A stretch of DNA of 64,000 bases from Sminthopsis crassicaudata (Eukaryota): assembly GCF_048593235.1 (NCBI RefSeq), contig NC_133617.1, forward strand, positions 7,693,607-7,757,606. Reading direction: 5' to 3'. Below the pieces are notes generated by a model. The model saw only the letters and a program-made list of their open reading frames with translations, was not told the DNA's origin and ran no database searches. The translations under genes were made by a program, and so were the position numbers. Below, one piece after another: positions 55,531 through 64,000 of the stretch (position 1 is its first letter; every line of letters starts with the position of its first letter).

Positions 55531-55539
55531 GGGCAGGGA

Positions 55540-55960
55540 AAGAAACCTTTCCCACAATCCTTACATCTCTGAGGTTTTGCCCCACTCAGAATTCTCTGCT
55601 GACAAATTGTTCTCTGGCCAAAGGCCTTTCCATATGTGGAATCCAGTATGAATTGTGTAATGGGAAATCAGGGAGGAGCTGTAGGTAAATCCCTTCCCAT
55701 GTTTATTACATTCAAGATGTTTTTCTTCACCAGGAATTATCTGATGTCTAGTAAGTTCAGCTGTCAGGTGGGGTGGGGGTGGGGGTGGGGGTTGCCATCT
55801 TTCTTATATTTGTGAGGTTTCTCTCTGGGTCCTGTTGGAGGAGCTCTGCCTTAAGGCAGAAGGCCTTCCCATACTCATGATCTTCATGGAGTTCCTGTCC
55901 AGGATAAACCCTTGGATGTCCAAGGAAGTTCTGCCCCCGGTGGGAGCTCTTCCCTTGGTC
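55540..55960 (-). pseudogene. Further degenerate C2H2 finger remnants
   Basis: Antisense ...tgtgggaaaggtttc..., ...catgggaagggattt... and ...HPRVYPGQELHEDHEYGKAF-like reads. Confidence 0.5.
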
Positions 55961-56521
55961 ACTGTCTTGGGTGTGTGTCTGTGAGTGTGTGTGTGATGTG
56001 AGAGTGTGTGAGTGTGTGTGTGTACCATTTAGAGTCTGCCTCCCCCACCCCCCATGGAAGCCATGTGTCCGTTAGACATTTTTGTATCCTTTTCTGGAAG
56101 AGAAACCTGAGCCATGGCACCTCCCAGCCAGTCAGCCCCTATTTATGGGGGCAGGAGCAGAGGGTTTCCTGATTCACCTCTCAGCCAGTCAGCCCGCTAA
56201 TTATAGCGGAAGGTTTCTGGATTTACTTGAGGTTTGGCAACAATGGAGACATGGGAGACCTTACATATGGAGCCAGGTGCTGGGGGGCATCCAGGCTCAG
56301 ACGGACACTGTCATTATTGAGCAAGGAGGGTATGATTGGGGGATGAATACTCTTCTAGGGAACATGCTGATCACTTCACCCATGCCAGAAGAATATCCGG
56401 CCATTATTCTTTCAGGTGAGAGACCAAAGATCTTGGTCACAGAGTGTTAGGATTAATGTTCTAAATGTTAGTTAAATTTAGGAGTTAGGATTTATGTTTT
56501 AAATCAAAAGAAAGGGGGAGA

Positions 56522-56935
56522 TGTTAGGTACTTACTAGGTGCTAAGTTACTACTTAACAATTCTCTAGCTCAGGGTTCACACATTTACTTCACACCTTTA
56601 AAATGAGTTCTGAAGAGGAGTTTACACACCTTTAAAAGGAGCAAGTTCATTGGTTGTAAGTAGTTCCCACAAGCCCCTGGAGTACCCACAAACCCATTCT
56701 CTAGGAGGATAAAAGAGGAGGGCAGTTGGGAAGGAAGCAGTCTGGATTGAGTCAAGGACATTCAGATTCAGATTCAGAGCCAGGATTCAGGAAGAAGAAA
56801 ATTCTAGGTTCTACCTTCACTCTGGCTGGAAGCTCCAGAAGTCTCCCAAGAAACCTGCTCAAAGATAAAAGGATTAACAGAAAAGAAACCTCCTCCCAAA
56901 GAAGGATTACAGTTGCTAGAGGACAGAACACTACA
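56522..56935 (+). mobile_element. ERV2 LTR (type A) preceded by a polypurine tract (56506-56521)
   Basis: AAAAGAAAGGGGGAGA|TGTTAGG...CAGAACACTACA; shares ggagcaagttcattgg and ggaggataaaaga with the other three LTRs. Confidence 0.9.
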
Positions 56936-56938
56936 ATT

Positions 56939-59200
56939 CGGTTCTTCTGTGAGCTGCTAGTTGGAGTGGGCATGGGGCCTGCGGCCAGGGTAGGGGTGTG
57001 ATGTCGTCAGACGGCCACTGTTGGGAGACCCTGCAGGCTCTGAGGAGTTCTGACAAAGGGTGCTTGTCCTACCATCGTGACTGGCTGCTAAGGGGCAAGG
57101 AGATTTTGGAAGAATGTATGTCCCTTCCAGAATTGTCTACTTACTACAGATTGCCTCACTCTTACCAGAATCAACTTCTCTCTGAGAATTCAGCACCATC
57201 TTCTGCTCCTGGCCAAGTATTATCTATTCCCAAATCTCCTGTCAGACATGCAAAGGTATCCTCACCAGTTTCCCTTAGAGCAGCAAGTGGAACTCACAGT
57301 CAGGATGAATACCATCAAGGCAAAATTTGTGGTACTTCGTCCCTCCCAGGGAATGGAAGTGGAGGGATGCATTCGAATGTATGAGGAGGTACATAGGATG
57401 AAAGGAACTAAAGGATTAAGGCAATGGCAAAAGGAGCATGAAAGGAAGGTATGGGTCTTCTCTGAAATGGCATCAGAGCAGCTGAAGCAGTTTGATAAGC
57501 GAAAGTCATTGGAACAGCACAAGGAATATCAGGACCTTCATGAGGTGATAGAGAAAAGTTTCAAAGAAGCACAAGGTCAGCAGAAGTTAAAAGAGGAACA
57601 CCGTCATAGAGCCAAGATTCTCAACTTGAAGCTACGTGAAGAGGAACAACAGTGGTTGAGGCAGATAGAACAAGAGTGGCTTAGAAAGGAAGAAGATCAG
57701 GATTGTTTGGGGCGTCTCTATGCCCTTCAAGAGGAGGTGTTGCAGCTCAACCAACAGCTGGATCCTAATTATCAGCACAAAGACCTTCTGAGAATAGACC
57801 TGTCTAGTTATGGAAGCAAAGGAAACCATTTATGTGGGCTTATCTCAGGTATCATTTGGACCACCAGTGAGAGAGGTTTTCCTATCCCAGAGGATGAAGC
57901 CATGGCAGAGCGCGCCTTGCAGGAGATGTGGCAGGTGCTTACCAGCTTGCAACAGGAGATTTCCAAAGCTATTGAAGAGAGGAGACGAGACAAAGAAGAG
58001 GCCAAGCAGAAGCATAGGGAATTACAGCAGCAGCCAAAAGCAGAGAAGGAGACCCCAGTTCCTACCCATTCCCCAGGAGGAAAACAGAGAGAAGGCGTCC
58101 AGGTGAAGCAGTAGACAGTACAATGCAGTGGTACCAACAGCTGCAGGATGCTGCCAGTCAATGTGTTTTGGCCTTTGATGGGTTAACCAACAGCAAAGAT
58201 CATCAGACTAAAAAGATTAAGACGGACCTGCAGAAAGCTGCCACCATTCCTGTCAATCTCCCAGCTAAAGGAAATATTTGATAAGATCAACAGTCTGCTT
58301 TTGGGAAAGGCTGTTCACTGTGGAGGTCGGGCTGTGTCAGTGATGAACCATCAACAAGGACTGGACTTTGTCCATTACAGAGAAATTTGTGAAACAAACA
58401 GAAGTGGCTTCTCACCATGAAGCAGCATTCCCCATTGCTGTTGTAGCATCAGGAATCTGGGAACTCCATCTCCATAAAAAGTGCCCTTACTCTGTGCTTT
58501 TCTACCCAGCCTTTAAGGAGGGAATGGCCTTGGAAGAATATCAGAAGCTCCTTGGCTACCTAGTAAAGGATTCCAAAGTCGAACAGGATAATTTCCTGAA
58601 ACGCATGTCTGGGATGATTTATGCTGCTATCATTCAACTCTGTTGGCCTTATGGAAATAGGCAAGGGGCTCACCCCTTGAATCATGGCTGGCGATGCTTG
58701 GCACTGATCTTGAATATGGAGCCTCTCTCAGATGTGACTGCCACTCTTCTGTTTGACTTCTTAGAGGTATGTGGGAATGCACTCATGAGACAGGACCAAG
58801 GTCACTTCTGGAAGATGATGCTACTCATAAAAGAAGAATATTTCCCCAGAATTGAAGCCATCACCAGCTCAGGACAAATGGGGTCTTTCATACATCTCAA
58901 ACAATTCCTGGAGAAATGTCTACAATGCAGGGAGATTCCCATCCCAAAGGGCTCTTTGCCCTCTTCTTTCTGACATTCCTGATGGTGACTTGAATGCTGG
59001 TTCCTTTCTTGGAAGAAAGAAATAAAGCAACAGAAGACAGCAAAGTTTTGGTGGAAGTTGTCTCAGGAAGGTTATTTTCACAGTTTTAATGTCTTCTCAA
59101 ACTTGATCATGAATTACATCAAGGATCTTCACTTTGTTGACATAGTAACCAAGAAGAGAATAAGCTTTGATAACCATGGAATAGTAAAAGGAATTTAAGT
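56939..59200 (+). pseudogene. GLE1: Intronless GLE1 retrocopy (5'UTR, CDS 57001 to ~58980, partial 3'UTR), disabled
   Basis: [20 protein letters not shown]..., [60 protein letters not shown] match recalled GLE1; no introns; frameshifts near 57320, 58108, 58250, 58378; several small deletions. Confidence 0.95.
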
Positions 59201-59394
59201 TTTATTCTTAATGAAAGATACAGGAAAAAATGATGGCAACTGAGATTACACCCAAAGAGCCTTTAGAAGGTCAGGACTCTGATTTGATCAACCAGCAGAA
59301 AAGCAATCACATGGCAGAAAGGGATTACCTTTTAAGTCAGCCAAAAGGCAATCAGATTGCAAAATTGGATTACACTTGGGGAGAATACAGGCCT

Positions 59395-59926
59395 TTTAAA
59401 CCAACAGGGCTGTGTCCAGTGCAAACAGCTCCAATGTAATTGCCAGATGATGAGAAGAGATTGAGAAAGTGGTAAATAGAAGGTAATTAGATAGGTTAAC
59501 TGCCTGGGAGAGAGGGTTTGCTTGTATTTTAATAGACAGAAGGAAATAGATGGAGAAGGAAACAGATGGGTAACAACAAGCACCTGGAGAGAGACAGAAA
59601 AAGAGAAAAACCTCAAAACAAAGGAGAAGATCTAAGAAACATCTGAGATTGAAAGAGCATGGCTAATAAAAAGACTGTTAAAGAACTTTAAAACCAGCAG
59701 GAATCATTGGACTTCCTCACACAAGATGAGACTAATGGACAATGGACTTATGGACATTTATAAATTCTCAATTTATGATTATTTGATCATGGTATTTGTT
59801 ACATACTTCTAGTATGTATTATGTTACTATGTGCTTATGTAATTATGTGTAATACCTCCCATATTGATGGATTTATGTTTCAAGGTCATGACTACCCTAT
59901 GTTCTAAATCAAAAGAAAGGGGGAGA
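59395..59926 (+). mobile_element. ERV2 internal 3' end: integrase C-terminal remnant, env-less 3' region, PPT (59911-59926)
   Basis: 59490-59528 reads DRLTAWERGFACI, similar to the betaretroviral integrase motif WGRGFAC; ends in AAAAGAAAGGGGGAGA. Confidence 0.75.
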
Positions 59927-60324
59927 TGTTAGGATTACAAGGTGAGAACTCAGGTTGACTTGACAGTTCTCTGGCTCAGACCTTTGGTTCGGCCTTTAAA
60001 GGGAGTTTACACCTTAGGAATTCTAAGAGGAGCAAGTTCATTGGTGGAAGTATTTCCCCATGCCCCATTGAGTTCTCACATGCTTATTCTCTGGGAGGAT
60101 AAAAGAAGGGCAGCATTGAGTCTGAGAGAATCCACTCTGGGACACAGTTGTAACACCAGGCAGGCTGAAAGGAGACCAGTCTGGTTTGGGGAAGGACAAG
60201 AACTAGAGGATATTAAGAGCTCCCAAGAAACCTGGGCACAGAGGAAAAGATCTTACAGATCTCCTCCCAGAGAAGGATTATAATTAAACAGATGACTGGA
60301 CCCTCACAATTCAAGAACTTTACA
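59927..60324 (+). mobile_element. ERV2 3' LTR (type B)
   Basis: TGTTAGGATTACAAGGTGAGAAC...CAAGAACTTTACA; its 5' part is near-identical to the reverse complement of the 54606-55024 LTR. Confidence 0.9.
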
Positions 60325-60519
60325 ACAGAACTGCTTGGGCTCCGTCCAAACTCAGTGTTCGCATGCAGTTGTACAAGCTCTGAAATATAACCTTGCTTAC
60401 TACATCTATTATAATATGGGTAGGACAGCTTTTTCTCTAATCCCAGAATGTTAAAGGTAAAAAAGTACTTAGAACTAAGTCTCTGGGGCATTTAAGTGAT
60501 ACTAGTATTGGAAAGTATG

Positions 60520-60680
60520 TTATTGATGCACATTTTAATTAATAATATTGATTAATGATAATGATTACATAATTATAAATTATATATTACCATGTTATAT
60601 ATAATATACTATTATATGTTGTATATATTATAAATTAATAATTACATAATTATAAAATATTATACTTAATAATAATGATT
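60520..60680. repeat. AT-rich low-complexity tract
   Basis: Interspersed taat/tata repeats. Confidence 0.85.
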
Positions 60681-60957
60681 AAAAATAAACTTGGTATTCG
60701 GCATTTGGAGGGCTGACATTCCTGAAGAGAAGGGTTTCACAAAGAGCCCCACTCAGACAATCCACAGCAAAGGGGGCTGGTTTCTACTCCACAGTAGAAG
60801 GAAGGGGAGCATGTGTAAAGCCAAACCCATCCCTAGAGGCAGAGAGACAAAGATACAGAGATACAGAGAGAGAAGCAGAGAGAGAGACAGAAAGGGGGTG
60901 ATAAGGAAAATAATGGGCCAGGAGAGAAGAGATTAAAAGTCCTAAAGATTACTGGAA

Positions 60958-61411
60958 AGTTAGGTTCTTACTAAGTGCTAAATCGGTACTTAACAATTCT
61001 CTAGTTCCCCCCTTTAGGGGAGTTTTACTCCTGGGAACTCCTGAGGAGGAGCTTATGTGTTTAGGAGCAAGTTCATTGGTTGAAGTATTTCTTCCCCAAA
61101 GCCCTTGTGTTATCCCACGCCCATTCTCTGGGAGGATAAAAGAGGGCGGGCACTCGAGAGATTGAGAGTTTTGTCTGGGCTAGACCTGGGGTGGCTCTCT
61201 GGAGGAAAAAAAGAGTCTCTACACGAGGTCAGAGTTGGCGGCAGTTGAGACAGAAGATCTCCCAGAGAGCAATTGGCAGTCTCTGGAGACCACAGAACAT
61301 TACAAATTGGCGTCCACACGTGGGGCAAGCACTTTTGCTTATCCTGACAAGGACTTATTCTGAGCCCTTCAGAGGAGCTAGACCATCGCAATTTGGCACC
61401 CGAACAGGGAC
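60958..61411 (+). mobile_element. ERV2 5' LTR (60958-61304) with two primer-binding sites (61308-61326 Lys1,2-like; 61394-61411 Lys3-like)
   Basis: LTR ends CAGAACATTACA; then aat-TGGCGTCCACACGTGGGGC and, further on, ca-att-TGGCACCCGAACAGGGAC. Confidence 0.85.
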
Positions 61412-61591
61412 AGACACGATCCTGATTCCAGTGGAAAAACCTCTGATTCAGATTCCAGTGGAAAAGATTTACTGACGCAGAAATAACTGTGAGTAACAAG
61501 GAAACTTTGTTAAAGATTAAGTGAGCGTTCTAATAGACAAATAAAGAACTTAACTTGTTAAGGGCTAAACCAGGAATCTCTTATAGCTGAA

Positions 61592-62170
61592 ATGGGGCAG
61601 GTGTTAGCTAAAGACAATCCCTGGACCTCAGCCGACTCAGCCCCAGCCCCAGCGGCAGCCTCAGCTCCAGCCCCATTCAGGAATAGTACTATAGAGAGTA
61701 TAATTAGGATAATTGAGGAGCAGAGTTTACTTGTAACCTGGGTACAGATTGCTAAACTCTTGGCTGCATTAAGACGCACCTCCCCTTGGGTCTTAGAGGA
61801 AGAAAAGATAGATGTAGATAACTGGAAGCCAGTGGGATTTGAAATGAAAGAATTTCATGTAAAAAATGGGCCTCGTTCAATTTCTGCAGAAGTATTTTAT
61901 ATCTACAACATAGTTCAATTAGCCTTAAACTATCGAGCAAGTTGTAGGAGAAGGAAAAGTTTTTAAAATGAACAGAGGAGGAAGTTCGAGGAAAAAAGGA
62001 AACATCAAGATCTTGCCCAAGAGCAAGAGGATTTAAATGAGGATTAGGGTGTGATGACTCTGATTCTCTTGAAGCTTCAACCCTGCCTAGAGAGCAGATT
62101 ATTGATGTGCCCACATCAACTCCACGTTCAGGGGTGGAGGAAGGAGGAGGAGGGGAAGAGGCAGAAACAC
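61592..62170 (+). pseudogene. gag: Truncated betaretrovirus-like gag (matrix region)
   Basis: MGQVLAK myristoylation-type start; SPWVLEEEKIDVDNWKPVG resembles Gag p10; stop at 61966 and homology lost by ~62170. Confidence 0.8.
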
Positions 62171-63267
62171 AATTCAAGAACTGCTGAGTCAGACAGTGCT
62201 AATCTGTGTTGTGATCCAGGCCCTCCCACTGGCTTGCCTGAGCCTCTGCTGGGCTGCGTGCCCCCTTCACCCCAGTGAGACCGCCGTTTCCTGAAGTCCT
62301 TCCAACCTCTCTTGAGCTGGAAAATTGTGCCATTCCAAGTTGTGTCCTTCAGAGTCTGTTCAGAAGTTTGCTTTCCTGTCTTTCTGAAGGAAACTGGGAG
62401 CACTCAGGCAACTTCCTGGCTTCTCTGCCATCTGGGCTCTGCCCCTCAAAAAAAGGGCGCCCACACTTCTTGGGGCCGCCAGCCTCCCTGGTCCTGGGGC
62501 TGTTGGGAATGATGGACATGTCCTGGAGGACGTGAGGGGGCTGAGACCTTCCTGCCAAGGTGGTCTGGGTTGCCAGGGAGCCCGGGACTCAGGCCCCAGC
62601 CCTTCTGAGCCTCTTGAGAGAAGCTCCATGGCCAAAGATGCAAGCCCCGCTCCCACGATGTCCTTTGCCCTCCTCTGTCCTCTCCCAATCCCTACAAATG
62701 TGTCGGTTTGCCTTTTATAACGGGGACGCTGAGTGGACCTGCCTCCGAGGCTGGGTGGGGGTGGGGAGGTGTCCCTGTAACACTGATGGGGCCCCAGCCC
62801 TGCAGTCTGAAGAACTGAGTTCGAAACTGGCCTCTGACACTTGTTAGCCCTGCCCTGCCATGCCCTGCGGTGCCCTGCCCTTCCCCCTCAGTTTCTTTAC
62901 CACCAGAGAAGGAAATAGCAGAAGCTCTTGGTTTTACTCAGAAAACCCCAAATTAGGGCGCAGAGCGGCAGAAAGGGCTGATTGGCTTTCGCACAGGGAT
63001 GTTGCCCCCCCAGCATCTCCCTTAGACTTCTCATGCCCCTCTGGGGGTCCCTGCTGCCGGGGGTCTCCGAGTCCTTGGGGCAGTCTCAGGGCGGGCTCCC
63101 CTCGGCAGGGGCAGGAGGCTGGGACGGCCCGCCCTGGCCACTAATGGGGAAGGCAGCTGACCCTTCCCCTTCTTGTACAAATGCTCTCCAAGGAGGGCGG
63201 GGCTCCCTCTGGAGGGCGTCCAGTGTGGGAGACTTTTCTGGGCCAGCCTCTGCACAGGGCGCCCACA

Positions 63268-63335
63268 CTGGGCCCCGCCCCCTACTGGGCCCCGCCCCCT
63301 ACTGGGCCCCGCCCCCTACTGGGCCCCGCCCCCAG
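63268..63335. repeat. 17-bp repeat carrying GC boxes, about 3.5 copies
   Basis: ctgggccccgcccccta repeated. Confidence 0.8.
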
Positions 63336-64000
63336 GGTCCAGCAGAGGCCATCTTGGGGTGGAGCCCCGCCAGAATCTCCCCCCCCCCATTTTCTTCCTC
63401 CGTGCTGAGAGAAGGGGGGGCTCTGGCCCAGAATCTCCCCTGCACCCCCCCACATTGTGGGCCCAGAGCTCCCGGCCATTGCTTTAATGGGGAGGGGGGA
63501 GAGGGAAGCAGCCGCGTCCCTCAGGCCCCAAAGTGAGGTCCTGCCACCTGACATCCGGAGCCAGGGCAGGGAGCCACTTCTCAGCGGGGGTGGGGCTGCG
63601 GGGGCTCCAGCTGCCCTGGAGGAGCCTGCTGGGGGTGACGGCTGCGTCCCCTCCTCTCTCTGGCGCTGTCTGGTGGGATGAGAGCTGGAGGTGGGCAGTC
63701 TAGACGCGTCCTCACTGACAGAGCTATTTTAGACTCGAGTGAGAGTGGCTTCCTGGGCTGCAGGAGAAGGACGCTTGTGCAAGGGTCGGGGGAAGAGGAA
63801 GGCAGGCCTTGAATGCCCAGGCCAAGCCGCATCTGCCTCGAAGGGGAGTGAGCTCCCTGTTCGGGGAAGAACCTGGAGAGCCTGGACTGCTTTTGGGGCA
63901 CGTCCTAGGGGGCCGGCTTGGAGGGCAAGAAGCTTGAGGCTTAAAGGGAAGAGGAGAATGAATGGAAATGGAAGGAGAGGTTGAAGTGCTAGTGTATCCC

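Noticed and set aside
56082-56450. 122-aa ORF ending near a CAG|GTGAG donor-like site at ~56416
   Set aside because: No recognisable homology (not KRAB, SLC2A11, MIF or C22orf15 as I recall them) and no clear acceptor.
60305-62185. 15-bp exact match cacaattcaagaact at 60305-60319 and 62168-62182, near the LTR-B end and the gag truncation point
   Set aside because: Might mark a deletion joining gag to an LTR tail, but no CA terminus or matching TSD follows; cannot be told from chance without alignments.

Overview
Vertebrate genomic DNA, most likely a dasyurid marsupial (inferred from WSINE1-type SINEs and marsupial-type L1/ERV2 repeats), orthologous to human 22q11.23. Genes, with splice sites read by hand: last exon of a GGT1-like gene (+), CHCHD10 (-, 4 exons), MMP11 (+, 8 exons, one +1 G in a homopolymer that is probably an assembly error), SMARCB1 (+, 9 exons, 385 aa) and DERL3 (-, 7 exons, two consecutive U12-type introns). 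The gene-rich part is very GC-rich, with compact introns and at least ten minisatellite/satellite arrays; these arrays explain nearly all long ORFs in the supplied track. Right of DERL3 lie a decayed C2H2 zinc-finger relic, nested L1/LTR insertions and four related ERV2 LTRs. The most notable structure is 56445-60324: an intronless GLE1 cDNA with 5'UTR and no poly(A) tail, starting where a primer-binding site should be, fused to an integrase C-terminal remnant, PPT and LTR, and bounded by a near-perfect 6-bp target-site duplication. This looks like retroviral (LTR-mediated) capture of a host mRNA. A neighbouring provirus stub carries two tandem primer-binding sites (Lys1,2 and Lys3). Limits: gene and repeat identities rest on recalled human proteins and repeat consensus sequences, no alignments or searches were run, repeat boundaries are approximate, and seven N-runs are unreadable.
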